Positions 8,699-18,168 of a stretch of DNA of 45,991 bases are shown here, in pieces. Under the pieces are notes generated by a model. That model had not been told where the DNA came from, did not search any database, and saw nothing but the letters and a program-made list of their open reading frames with translations. Within the stretch, counting starts at the first letter, position 1. Each line of letters begins with the position of its first letter. The translations under genes and the position numbers were made by a program. This stretch comes from Clostridia bacterium (GTDB lineage: Bacteria; Bacillota; Clostridia; UMGS1883; UMGS1540), in assembly GCA_045533905.1 (NCBI GenBank), contig JAZSIR010000010.1, forward strand, positions 1-45,991, given 5' to 3'.

Positions 8699-9689
8699 GC
8701 TTATTGATCCTTTTTTCAAGGGCGCGGCGTTCAATGGCATCAAAATCATATACCGCCGACTGCTCGTAATTTATAAAATTGTTTGTTTTCTTTGTGCTCT
8801 TTGTGCGCGGGGCAGACGCGGGGGCCGCATCGCGGGAGAGTTCCTCCACCGTCATAATCCCCTGCCGATGCCACGACTGCAAAATGCCGTTTATGTACGG
8901 AAACGTTGCTTGTCCTGTTGTAAGAACGGCTTTTTCATATGCCGTTTTGATAAGCTCCTGCGGCATCTGCATTTCCTCCGTCCACTGGAGAAGATGCGCG
9001 TATTCCGCATCGGAAAGATCTCTTCCCGTAATGCCGAACATTCGTTTATATTTGCGGGAAAGCTTCTGGCGCTTATCGGCGTTCTGCAGATGCATTTCCG
9101 CTTTTTCTATCGTATCAATGCCCTCATCGGACCAGGCAATCGCAATTTTTTCCGCATAGCGCATATTGCACTTATCGAGTGCCGCACAGTGCTCGAGAAG
9201 CATCATAATCACCTCAAGCGGCAGGTGCAGCCAGTCATAGAAGCTGAAAAGCGTTGTCGTTTCCGCGGTGCCGAGCGTTTTGCCGAATACATTCTGCGCA
9301 AAATCAAGGAGCATCGCCATACGGCGGTCATTCGTGACGGCCTCGGCAATATCGCGTACCTTATACTGCGGTTTTTCCTGTACCACCTGCGGCTCCGGTG
9401 TTTCCATCGTAAGATCCACAAATTCAATGCCGCCCTCGGGGCCTTTTCGGATGACGCCTTTTTTCTCCCAGTACCGCCAGGCGCGTACCACGTCCGACTC
9501 TAAAATATCAAGAGCTTCCGCAATGTGTTCGTTATCAGGCTTTGTGCCCACAGCAAAGCAAAGGCGCAGCCCATAGAGGTACACCTTTACAAAGGTGGCA
9601 TTTGCTTCTGCCATATATTTATCTACAAAGACGCTGGCGACCGGAAAAGCCGGAAGCCCTACCGCCCCTGACATTCTGTAATTTACCAT
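8691..9689 (-). CDS. DnaD-domain replication protein
   Basis: FVDKYM.EAN..FVKVYLY N-terminus; two DnaD-like repeats (YAEKIAIAW, YINGILQSW); start ATG 9689 with AGGAG RBS. Confidence 0.82.
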   Translation of the reverse strand: MVNYRMSGAVGLPAFPVASVFVDKYMAEANATFVKVYLYGLRLCFAVGTKPDNEHIAEALDILESDVVRAWRYWEKKGVIRKGPEGGIEFVDLTMETPEPQVVQEKPQYKVRDIAEAVTNDRRMAMLLDFAQNVFGKTLGTAETTTLFSFYDWLHLPLEVIMMLLEHCAALDKCNMRYAEKIAIAWSDEGIDTIEKAEMHLQNADKRQKLSRKYKRMFGITGRDLSDAEYAHLLQWTEEMQMPQELIKTAYEKAVLTTGQATFPYINGILQSWHRQGIMTVEELSRDAAPASAPRTKSTKKTNNFINYEQSAVYDFDAIERRALEKRINKHG

Positions 9690-9943
9690 GGTTTTCTCCT
9701 TTGGGAAAATATCTCCTGCGATGTGTCGGGCGGCCATAGGCCGCCCGACATAAGTATTATACCACCATAAGGGTCAAAATTCCAGTCTTATTTTTACAAA
9801 ACGGTTACAAATTAATTTTCTTACAAGGGATAGTAGAGATTTTCTTTTTTTCTTCTAAATCTTGCGCATATCCCCCGGAATGTGATGAGGGATTGCTTTT
9901 TTATCCGGAATATGGTATACTTTTCCCGAAAGGAAGGAACAAA

Positions 9944-10717
9944 ATGGACAAACAAACCCTTTTATCGAAGTTTGCAAAAACAGAAGAGGACAAACTCTTT
10001 CTCGCCCATATACTGGACCGCGAAGCACAGTGCATCCATAAAAACATCCCCGTGGAAACCGAGTTTCTGGACCCGCGGTGTCAGGCACTTGTGCTTTCGG
10101 TGCTTCCGCATTTTGCGGCAAGGCCCGTCCTTTTTGGCGGGTATGAAGAGGCCGAGCGCAAAATGCTCTTTTTCCTGCCCGACTACATGGAGGATGTGCC
10201 GCAGGATGCCCTCACGGTTTTACGAGCGGACCACCGCGATACGCGTCCCCTCTCGCACCGCGACTACCTCGGCAGCATTTTGGGCCTTGGCGTGGGCCGC
10301 GCAGGTGTGGGTGATATTTTAGTCCGCGAAAACGGGGCGGACATCATTATCCGCGCTGCGCTTTCCGACTTTTTCCTCACACATTACGTTTCTGCCGGCC
10401 GCACCGCGCTTTCCGTTTCCGCGCATCCACTCGAAAGCCTTATGCTCCCCGAAACCGAGCCGGTGTATAAAACGGCCTCCCTCGCCTCACTCCGTGCCGA
10501 TGCCGTGCTCGCGGCCGCCTTTTCCGTATCGCGCACGCTTTCTGCCGAAGCGGTACGCGCGGGCAAGGTCTACCTCAATAATCTCCCGCTTACAAAGGGG
10601 GATAAACTGCTTTCGGAGGGCGATAAGCTCCGCTGGCAAGGGAAAGGCAGATTTATCATCGAAGAAACAGGTGGGCTTAGTCGAAAGGGCAGGCTTTTTG
10701 TCACATTCCGTTTTTGA
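9944..10717 (+). CDS. ylmH: YlmH/Sll1252-family S4 RNA-binding protein
   Basis: TEFLDP, FGGYEEAER, SHRDYLGSILGLG, SLRADAV...SR, GKGR. Confidence 0.85.
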   Translation: MDKQTLLSKFAKTEEDKLFLAHILDREAQCIHKNIPVETEFLDPRCQALVLSVLPHFAARPVLFGGYEEAERKMLFFLPDYMEDVPQDALTVLRADHRDTRPLSHRDYLGSILGLGVGRAGVGDILVRENGADIIIRAALSDFFLTHYVSAGRTALSVSAHPLESLMLPETEPVYKTASLASLRADAVLAAAFSVSRTLSAEAVRAGKVYLNNLPLTKGDKLLSEGDKLRWQGKGRFIIEETGGLSRKGRLFVTFRF

Positions 10718-10844
10718 AATATGGGATTTTTGAACAATTTGTAAAGATAGTATAAATAAAACGAAAACATCTCATCACGTTGCTTGACAGACGGGATGTT
10801 CTCATATAGGCTATACCCTGTGATATATCGTAGGAGGTTTTACT

Positions 10845-12590
10845 ATGAAATTTTTTTCCTTTTTTAAAGATATGCCCCGAAAGCGGCGCCTACTTCTTTT
10901 CGCTTGCATTCTCCTTCTCCTTGCCGTGGTGCTTCTCCTCGGGCGCGTATTTTCAAAGGACAAAACGAGCCAAAGTAGCCGCGAGGTGGAAGTGGTGCGG
11001 GGCAATATCGTCTGCACCATTGAAGGAAGCGGCGTGCTGGAGGCAAATGACCAGTATACCATCCGCTCGCTTGTAACGGGCGAGGTGCTTTCCGACACGT
11101 TCCAGGAAGGCGATATGGTGAATAAGGATGACCTTTTATATGTCATTGACAGCACGAATCTCGATTACACCCTGCAAAAAGCCGAGTCTAGCGTTGCCTC
11201 GGCACGGCTTTCCTACGAAGAAGCTCTCGATACGCTCTCACACCAAACGGTAAAAGCGCCGATTAGCGGTGTGATTACTTCACTTTCTGTAAAAGAAGGC
11301 GACGAAATTGCAAGCGGCATACAGGTGGCGGAAATTATAAATGCCGACCGTATGCTCCTCACGCTTCCGTTCCTTTCCCAGGATGCCGCCGACATCTCGC
11401 CCGGTGCCTCGGCACAGGTGGTAGCGGAATCTGCCCCATCGGAAGTGCTTTTCGGCACGGTAAAAAGTGTGGCCAGCGGTAGCACAATAAGTACGCTCGG
11501 CGCCGCTGTCACAATGGTGGAAATTCTCGTGGAAAATCCGGGCGGCCTTACAGAGTCCTCCCGTGCCACAGCCACTATAGGGGCATATGCCTGCCATGAC
11601 AAGGGCACGCTTGTCTATGAAGAAGCGAAAAAGGTGACTGTAAAAACGGGCGGTACGGTGCGTTCTCTCTCGGTTTCCCTTGGGGACCGTGTCGCTGCGG
11701 GCACCACGCTGTTTTCTCTGGAAAACGAAAGCACGGCGCGAAGTGCCGAGCGAAGCCGCCTTTCGTATAACGACGCTGTTTTAAGCCGCGAAAATACATA
11801 TGACCAGCTCGAAGACTACCAAATTAAAGCGCCGATTTCCGGCAAAGTTATTCAAAAGACCGTAAAAGCCGGAGATAAACTGGAAAGCGGCAGCGGCAGT
11901 AACGCCTCTTCTATGGCGATTATTGCCGACCTTTCTGTTCTTACCTTCGAGATGAGCGTTGACGAACTCGACATTAAAGACGTGCATGAAGGACAAGAAG
12001 TACGCGTCACGGCCGACGCCATCCCCGGACGCACCTTTTTAGGCCATGTAGATACCGTAAGCATCGTGGGCACCGCCACAAACGGGGTGACCTCGTATCC
12101 CGTAAAGGTTGTTTTAGACGATGCGGAAGATACAGGCCTCATCCCCGGTATGAACGTAAACGCCACCATTATTACAGAATCTCGCGAGAATGTTCTCGTA
12201 ATCCCCGCCGCCGCCATCTCGCGCGGCAATATGGTGACGGTGCGCGGTGCGGCAGAAAAAGTGCCCTCTAAAGAGACAGCAGAAGCCGATACGGCTGCAG
12301 AGCGTGTGGAGGACAAAGCTGCAGAAAACACTTTTGCAGGAGAAGCGCCGGACGGCTATCACTTTGTACGGATTGAGACAGGCGCAACAGATGGTACGAA
12401 TATTGAAGTTCTTTCCGGTCTTTCAGAAGGAGATATACTTTTGATTAGCGCCTCTGTCGGCGATACACAAAGCGCCGTAAACTTCACACGCGAAGGGGCA
12501 GAGGCCATGATGAGCGGTATGCCCATGGGCGGCGGTATGCCTATGGGCGGCATGGGCGGCAGTATGGGTACGCGCCCCGGCGGTCGCTAA
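10845..12590 (+). CDS. Efflux adaptor (MacA/HlyD-like membrane fusion protein), extended form
   Basis: N-terminal TM; repeated lipoyl-like motifs (KAPISG twice), VDELDI, PGMNVNATI; Met/Gly-rich tail. Confidence 0.85.
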   Translation: MKFFSFFKDMPRKRRLLLFACILLLLAVVLLLGRVFSKDKTSQSSREVEVVRGNIVCTIEGSGVLEANDQYTIRSLVTGEVLSDTFQEGDMVNKDDLLYVIDSTNLDYTLQKAESSVASARLSYEEALDTLSHQTVKAPISGVITSLSVKEGDEIASGIQVAEIINADRMLLTLPFLSQDAADISPGASAQVVAESAPSEVLFGTVKSVASGSTISTLGAAVTMVEILVENPGGLTESSRATATIGAYACHDKGTLVYEEAKKVTVKTGGTVRSLSVSLGDRVAAGTTLFSLENESTARSAERSRLSYNDAVLSRENTYDQLEDYQIKAPISGKVIQKTVKAGDKLESGSGSNASSMAIIADLSVLTFEMSVDELDIKDVHEGQEVRVTADAIPGRTFLGHVDTVSIVGTATNGVTSYPVKVVLDDAEDTGLIPGMNVNATIITESRENVLVIPAAAISRGNMVTVRGAAEKVPSKETAEADTAAERVEDKAAENTFAGEAPDGYHFVRIETGATDGTNIEVLSGLSEGDILLISASVGDTQSAVNFTREGAEAMMSGMPMGGGMPMGGMGGSMGTRPGGR

Positions 12591-12608
12591 AGGAAAGGTG
12601 GGCTTTTT

Positions 12609-13295
12609 CTGATTACCTTACAAGATGTATATAAAATCTATTCTGACGGCGAAACCGAAATTCGGGCGCTTGACGGCGTTTCCCTGCACATCGCAAAAGG
12701 TGAATTTGTAGCCATTGTCGGCTCCTCGGGAAGCGGCAAGTCTACCTGTATGAATATTATCGGCTGTCTGGATGTGCCCACAAGCGGTTCTTATATTTTA
12801 GACGGCACGCCTGTTGCCACCATGCAGGAAAAAGAGCTGGCCTTCGTGCGAAACCAAAAGCTCGGCTTTGTATTTCAGCAATATAACCTCATCCCAAAGC
12901 TTACCATTTTGGAAAATGTAGAGCTTCCTCTTTTGTACCGCGGCATACCTTCTGCCACGCGTCGCCAAATGGCGATGGAAGCACTCGAGCGCGTGGGGAT
13001 TGCCGACAGATACAAGAAACTGCCGTCCCAGCTTTCCGGCGGGCAGCAGCAGCGTGTTTCTATTGCCCGCGCCCTTGCGGGAAGACCGCCCGTAATCCTG
13101 GCAGACGAGCCGACGGGTGCCCTCGATTCCAAAACCGGGCGCGAGGTTCTGGATTTTATGAAAAGCCTGCACAGGGAAGGCACTACCATTGTTTTAATCA
13201 CGCACGATAATGCGATTGCCGCAGAGATTCCGCGCGTGGTACGCATTGCAGACGGAAAAATCCTTTCCGACAGCGGAGAGGGGGCGAGCGCTTGA
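12609..13295 (+). CDS. ABC transporter ATPase (MacB/LolD type); probable CTG start
   Basis: In-frame upstream extension LITLQDVYKIY...GSSGSGKST contains Walker A, upstream of the first ATG (12750); LSGGQQQR, ADEPTGALD. Confidence 0.85.
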   Translation: MITLQDVYKIYSDGETEIRALDGVSLHIAKGEFVAIVGSSGSGKSTCMNIIGCLDVPTSGSYILDGTPVATMQEKELAFVRNQKLGFVFQQYNLIPKLTILENVELPLLYRGIPSATRRQMAMEALERVGIADRYKKLPSQLSGGQQQRVSIARALAGRPPVILADEPTGALDSKTGREVLDFMKSLHREGTTIVLITHDNAIAAEIPRVVRIADGKILSDSGEGASA

Positions 13296-14461
13296 ATTTT
13301 ACACAATCCTTTCGTTTGGCGCTGAAAAGCCTTCGCGCCAGCAAAATGCGCTCGTTTTTGACGATGCTCGGCATTATTATAGGCGTTGCGGCTGTTATTA
13401 TCATCGTGAGCCTCATGTCAAGCCTTACAAACTATGTAATTTCCACATTTGAAGATATGGGCGCAAATCTTATCACCGTTTCCATTTCAGGGCGCGGCGG
13501 CGGACGAACGGTACACCCCGACGAAATGCAGGAGCTTATGCTCGACCATCCTGAAATCGGCTACATTTCCCCTACGGTCTCTCTGTATGCAACTGTGAAA
13601 AAAGATAACGAAAACATCTCCATGCAGGCCACAGGGGTGAACGAATACTATGATGAAATCAAGCAGATTGACGTGCAGCTCGGGCGCCACCTTTCGTTTG
13701 TGGACATCGATGCACGCTGCAAAAACTGTGTGGTTGGGACATATGTGGTGAAGGAGCTTTTTGGCGAGGAAAATCCTTTAGATAAAATGATTTCCGTAAA
13801 CGGCTATCCCTTCCGCATTGTGGGCGTTTTGGAAGAAAAGAGCACAAGCGGCGCCGGAAGTGCCGACAGCGTGCTCCTCCTCCCCTACACCACGGCCAAA
13901 CAAATTTCCGGCAGTGCAATTTCTTCCTACAGTGTCAGCGCTGCCACGAAAGATACGATAGACGCTACCAATACGATTTTGGAAACGTTTCTCCTCGAAA
14001 AATTTACCTCCGACGATTATTTTACGCTCATAGATCAGGCGGCCATCATTGAAGAGCTAAACCGCCTCATCGGTATGATGACCACTATGCTTGTCGGCAT
14101 TGCGGCGGTCTCCCTTTTGGTTGGCGGCATTGGCGTTATGAACATTATGCTCGTATCCGTCACGGAGCGAACGCGCGAAATCGGCATACGAAAAGCCCTC
14201 GGGGCAACGCCATGGGATATTTTAGGGCAATTTTTGGTGGAAGCCTCCGTCACAAGCGGTATTGGCGGCATTTTAGGCATTGCAGTCGGCATCGGCGGTG
14301 CCTCTAGTGTGGCCTCCCTCATCGGGATGCCGTTTACGCTTTCTATCCCTTCTGTGTTTATCGCCTTTACAGTTTCCGCCGCCATCGGTATTGGCTTTGG
14401 ATACTTCCCTGCAAAAAAGGCATCGCGTTTAAATCCCATAGATGCCCTTCGATACGATTAA
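13292..14461 (+). CDS. MacB/FtsX-type ABC permease
   Basis: RSFLTMLGIIIGV, GGIGVMNIMLVSVTERTREIGIRKALGA, PAKKAS.LNPIDALRY. Confidence 0.92.
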   Translation: MNFTQSFRLALKSLRASKMRSFLTMLGIIIGVAAVIIIVSLMSSLTNYVISTFEDMGANLITVSISGRGGGRTVHPDEMQELMLDHPEIGYISPTVSLYATVKKDNENISMQATGVNEYYDEIKQIDVQLGRHLSFVDIDARCKNCVVGTYVVKELFGEENPLDKMISVNGYPFRIVGVLEEKSTSGAGSADSVLLLPYTTAKQISGSAISSYSVSAATKDTIDATNTILETFLLEKFTSDDYFTLIDQAAIIEELNRLIGMMTTMLVGIAAVSLLVGGIGVMNIMLVSVTERTREIGIRKALGATPWDILGQFLVEASVTSGIGGILGIAVGIGGASSVASLIGMPFTLSIPSVFIAFTVSAAIGIGFGYFPAKKASRLNPIDALRYD

Positions 14462-14479
14462 GAAAGGAGTTTTACAGAC

Positions 14480-16726
14480 ATGCGAAAAAAAATATTCGTT
14501 TGCCTTTTGGCATGCCTCTTTCTATTCTCCGCCATCCCTTCTTTCGCGGCAGAGACGGACGGACGGCTCGCGCTTCTTAAAAGCCTCGAAATTATGGAGG
14601 GGTATGAGGACGGCTCCTTCCGCCTTGAAAACTTCTTAACACGTGCGGAATTTACGAAAGTTACGGTTTCGGCCTCGGAAAGCCGAAAACTTGTCTCGAC
14701 TGCACTTTCCACTTCGCCTTTCCCGGATGTTCCGCATACGCTTTGGTCGGCACCCTATATAAAACTTGCGGCACAAAACGGGTATGTAACGGGGTATCTT
14801 GATGCTACCTTCCGTCCCGATGCTACCATCACCTACGCAGAAGCCACTGCGGTATGTTTGCGTCTTTTGGGCTATCAAAACAGTGATTTTGGTACGGCCT
14901 GGCCGCGCGGACATATGGAAATTGCGGAAGATATCGGTCTTACAGACGGCATCGTGCTCGACTATGCCGCCCCCATCACACGCGGCGATACGGTAACGCT
15001 TCTTTATAATCTTTTAGACGGCACCGTAAAGGGTACGGGACAGAAATACGTTGCTCTTCTCAATTGTACGGTCGAAGACAATGTGGTAATTCATCCTTCT
15101 TCCGCGGGGGACTCCTATATTCCTGACTCGAAGGTATTGACTTCGCTTGGCACTTTTAAGAAGGGAAAGCATTTTTCGCCCGACTGGGTAGGACGAACAG
15201 GTCGTCTCTTTGTTGAAAACGGAGATACCATTTGCGGCTTTGTGCCGAATACACAAACCGTTTCCACCTATGCCGTATACTCTGTTTTACAGGACGGCGT
15301 TATCACCTATAAAAACGGGCAAATGGAAAAGGTTTCGCTTTCAGACGGTCTTCCCCTATATAAAGACAGCGTACTTTCCGGTACCTTCCAAAAATCTGCG
15401 CTTCGCATGGGGGATATTCTGCGTGTTGTATATGACGAGGACGGCGACGCCGAGTATGTGAGCCTTGATACCGATGGCGTAGACGGTCCGTACACGGCAC
15501 AAAACGGCACGTGGCAAAGCCGCTTCCCCATAAATAGTACGACCGTGATTATGCGCGACAGCCAGAAAGTATCTGCCGCCGACATTCAAACACATGATAT
15601 TCTGTACTATTCGGAAGCACTTAACATGGTTTTGGCATATACGGACAAAGTAACGGGCATCTATAAAAACGCGTCTCCTTCGAAAGATGCCCCCACCACC
15701 GTCAACATTTCCGGCACTTCGTACACCATCGAAAGCGTGGAGGCTTTCCATAAGCTTGCGGCGGGCGGCGCTTTTGCCTTTGGCGATACCGTAACACTCC
15801 TTTTAGGGAGAGAAGGTGAAATTGCAGACGTTTTGACCCCCGGCGATACAGGGGACGTGGTCGGCTTCGTGACAGGTGTAGGGACAGAAGCCTTTGAAAC
15901 GGCGCTTGGGGAATCGTATAGCGCCTACTCTCTGACGCTTACGCGCCCTGACGGGCAATCGGTCACCTTTGAAAGCGATCGCGATTATTCCCATCTTTTG
16001 AATGCGGTGGTTTCTGTCACCTTCTCCGGAGACCGGGCACGCGCCGCCCGAGTGGAAAGTTCTTCCTTATATGGCACATTTTCACTTTCTTCGCAAAAAC
16101 TCGGCACAGAGTCTCTGGCAACCAATCTGAAAATTCTGGACACCTATTCCGCCAGTCAATATGTAGGGGGCAGCACCGTTTCCGTTTTCCCGTCAAGGCT
16201 TGACGGCGTAAATATCCCGTACGGCAAGATTCTGTACGCCGCGCGAGACGGGCAAAACCGCATTTGTGAGCTGATTTTAAAGGATGTTACGGGCGATATG
16301 CACAGCTTCGGCATCGTTACAAAAGCGAAATCTATGTCGGAAGGTTCTCAGCTTTCCGGTACATACAGCTATATTATCGACGGAACGACAGGTACGTACC
16401 AAACAAACGGAACTCTCTTCTCCGTCTATTCTGACAATCCTGCGCAGTTTACGTACAGCGGCGGCAAAGTGCACAGCATAACGCCCCTCTCTGAAATTTC
16501 CGGCACCGTTCGAGAAATCACGGCAGGCTCCCTTCTCTACGCAGACGGCAGCCGCTATGACATAAGCGAGGCCGCCATCTACACCGAAGTGGATGCAGGG
16601 GTGTATGTACGCAAAAAGGTAAGCGACATAGGAAGCGGCAATTATGCAATACGTGCCTATTATGACCGCTCCCCCTCCCAAGGCGGAAAAATACGTATTT
16701 TGGTGGCAACGAAAAAAATAAGATAG
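14480..16726 (+). CDS. S-layer homology (SLH) domain secreted protein
   Basis: Signal peptide (SFA-AE); SLH motifs GYEDGSFR..LTRAE, FPDVP..W, GY.DATFRPD..ITYAE, ITRGD. Confidence 0.82.
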   Translation: MRKKIFVCLLACLFLFSAIPSFAAETDGRLALLKSLEIMEGYEDGSFRLENFLTRAEFTKVTVSASESRKLVSTALSTSPFPDVPHTLWSAPYIKLAAQNGYVTGYLDATFRPDATITYAEATAVCLRLLGYQNSDFGTAWPRGHMEIAEDIGLTDGIVLDYAAPITRGDTVTLLYNLLDGTVKGTGQKYVALLNCTVEDNVVIHPSSAGDSYIPDSKVLTSLGTFKKGKHFSPDWVGRTGRLFVENGDTICGFVPNTQTVSTYAVYSVLQDGVITYKNGQMEKVSLSDGLPLYKDSVLSGTFQKSALRMGDILRVVYDEDGDAEYVSLDTDGVDGPYTAQNGTWQSRFPINSTTVIMRDSQKVSAADIQTHDILYYSEALNMVLAYTDKVTGIYKNASPSKDAPTTVNISGTSYTIESVEAFHKLAAGGAFAFGDTVTLLLGREGEIADVLTPGDTGDVVGFVTGVGTEAFETALGESYSAYSLTLTRPDGQSVTFESDRDYSHLLNAVVSVTFSGDRARAARVESSSLYGTFSLSSQKLGTESLATNLKILDTYSASQYVGGSTVSVFPSRLDGVNIPYGKILYAARDGQNRICELILKDVTGDMHSFGIVTKAKSMSEGSQLSGTYSYIIDGTTGTYQTNGTLFSVYSDNPAQFTYSGGKVHSITPLSEISGTVREITAGSLLYADGSRYDISEAAIYTEVDAGVYVRKKVSDIGSGNYAIRAYYDRSPSQGGKIRILVATKKIR

Positions 16727-16890
16727 AAAATGGCCGGCTCCAAAAGGTCGGCCACGGCTTCGGAAGCGTCTCTTCCGTCTTCCGTAAAGACCTTGATACC
16801 GTTATCTCGGCAGGGTTATGGCTTGCTGTGACGGAAAGACAGATTGTTTGTGACTTTCCGTTTCAAAAATAAAAAGGTGACTTTCTTTTC

Positions 16891-17013
16891 TGAACAGGTC
16901 CGGTAAAAACGGACAATAGAAAAAAGAGCCTCCTATGGTATAACGAACCATAGGAGGTATTTTTATGCCATAGGCACTCTTTTTTGTGCTGTCCGCACAA
17001 ATGGAGCAGTTCA
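16891..17013 (+). mobile_element. 123-bp MITE derived from IS3/IS150 family, with TTC target duplication
   Basis: Begins TGAAC, ends GTTCA, ~46-48-bp imperfect terminal IRs, flanked by TTC (16888-16890 and 17014-17016); right end resembles the IS end at 107-152. Confidence 0.75.
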
Positions 17014-17033
17014 TTCGGAGAGTCCATTTTTGC

Positions 17034-18152
17034 TTATATTTCTTTTCGTACGCCCGTATCCTCCGTAAGCATCTTTGCGGGATAGCCAAGCTTTTCAATG
17101 GCCTTTATAATCCTGTCGCAATCCTTTTCGTAGGCATATACAAAGCCGCAACCGCCACCGCCGCTGCCGTTGATTTTACCGCCGAGAGCGCCAAAGGCTT
17201 TTGCCGTAGCCAGAATTTCCTCAATGCGCGCGGTGGAAATCTGGAGCCCGTCGCGCAGGTTGATATGATGGCGGGAAAGGAGACGGCCGAGAGCCGCATC
17301 GTCCACTTTTTCTTCGGAAAGAAGTTCCTTTCCTTTCAGAAGGATCCGATAGTTATCAATCGCCGCCGTGAAAACTTTTCTCTGCTCTTTGTCGAGTGTA
17401 TCGAGAAGCGGCATTTTTTCATCCTCTACAAACTCGCGGATATCGCGAATGCCATATTTCGAAAGGGCTGCGAGCGCATCCATCGCCGGTTTTTTGGCGT
17501 TTGCCAGCACGCGCGTTGTATCCTTCTGCTCGAGAGAATCAAACAAAATGAAGCGACCGCCGAGATGCGACGAAAGGCGCGTCACCTCTGTTCTTCCCTC
17601 CGGGAAAGAAAGGTTCACAAGGCCGCCGAGTGTGGAGGAATAATGGTCCATCATCCCGCCCGGCTCGCCGAATTCCGTAACCTCGGCGCGGTGTGCAAGC
17701 TCGGCAATTCTCTCGGGCTTTTCAGCATCAGGATGGCCGATGGCTTCTAAAATTGCGCGGGTCAGCACCACGATCATCGTGCTCGAGGAGCACATGCCCT
17801 TGCCGATAGGAATTTCCGAATCCATCTGGATATCAAACCCCGAAAGCGGATACCCTTCTCGAAGGAGAACGTTGATCGTGCTCTTTAGGTAATCACGGCT
17901 GCGCGTGTATGTAATTGGTTCGGAAATATCAAATTCGTAAATAGTATAGAGACCTTTCTTGTTTTCCTCCCCGAGTGTCTTGATAGAGGAATCGCGAATG
18001 GCAATGCGGATAAGACTGTCATCCCTTTTGGCGATTCTGGCAAAAAAACGCAGGTTTATGGCAACTGCAATGACCTCAAGCCCCAAATAATCCAGATGCT
18101 CGCCGAAAAGGCACAGTCGACTCGGTGTAGAAACTCGGATTTCTGTGCGCAT
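17034..18152 (-). CDS. GHMP kinase (galactokinase-like)
   Basis: RLCLFGEHLDY, IPIGKGMCSSS, GMMDH, GGKINGSGGGGC; start likely ATG 18152 from RBS spacing (alternative 18161). Confidence 0.8.
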   Translation of the reverse strand: MRTEIRVSTPSRLCLFGEHLDYLGLEVIAVAINLRFFARIAKRDDSLIRIAIRDSSIKTLGEENKKGLYTIYEFDISEPITYTRSRDYLKSTINVLLREGYPLSGFDIQMDSEIPIGKGMCSSSTMIVVLTRAILEAIGHPDAEKPERIAELAHRAEVTEFGEPGGMMDHYSSTLGGLVNLSFPEGRTEVTRLSSHLGGRFILFDSLEQKDTTRVLANAKKPAMDALAALSKYGIRDIREFVEDEKMPLLDTLDKEQRKVFTAAIDNYRILLKGKELLSEEKVDDAALGRLLSRHHINLRDGLQISTARIEEILATAKAFGALGGKINGSGGGGCGFVYAYEKDCDRIIKAIEKLGYPAKMLTEDTGVRKEI

Positions 18153-18168
18153 TTTATACATCTCCCCC

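Noticed and set aside
7191-9689. dnaD plus IstB-like ATPase as a prophage or IS21 module
   Set aside because: No phage genes or IstA nearby; this pair is a typical clostridial chromosomal helicase-loading locus.
10718-10844. Imperfect inverted repeat AACATCTC...GGGATGTT upstream of the exporter, possible riboswitch
   Set aside because: No match to any riboswitch consensus I recognise; could be an operator but is unsupported.
12516-12560. Tandem 18-bp repeat GGTATGCC(C/T)ATGGGCGGC
   Set aside because: Simply encodes the low-complexity GMPMGG tail of the adaptor; not CRISPR or regulatory.
16727-16887. Several weak hairpins after the SLH gene, possible sRNA
   Set aside because: Explainable as terminator-like stems between convergent genes; no recognisable motif.
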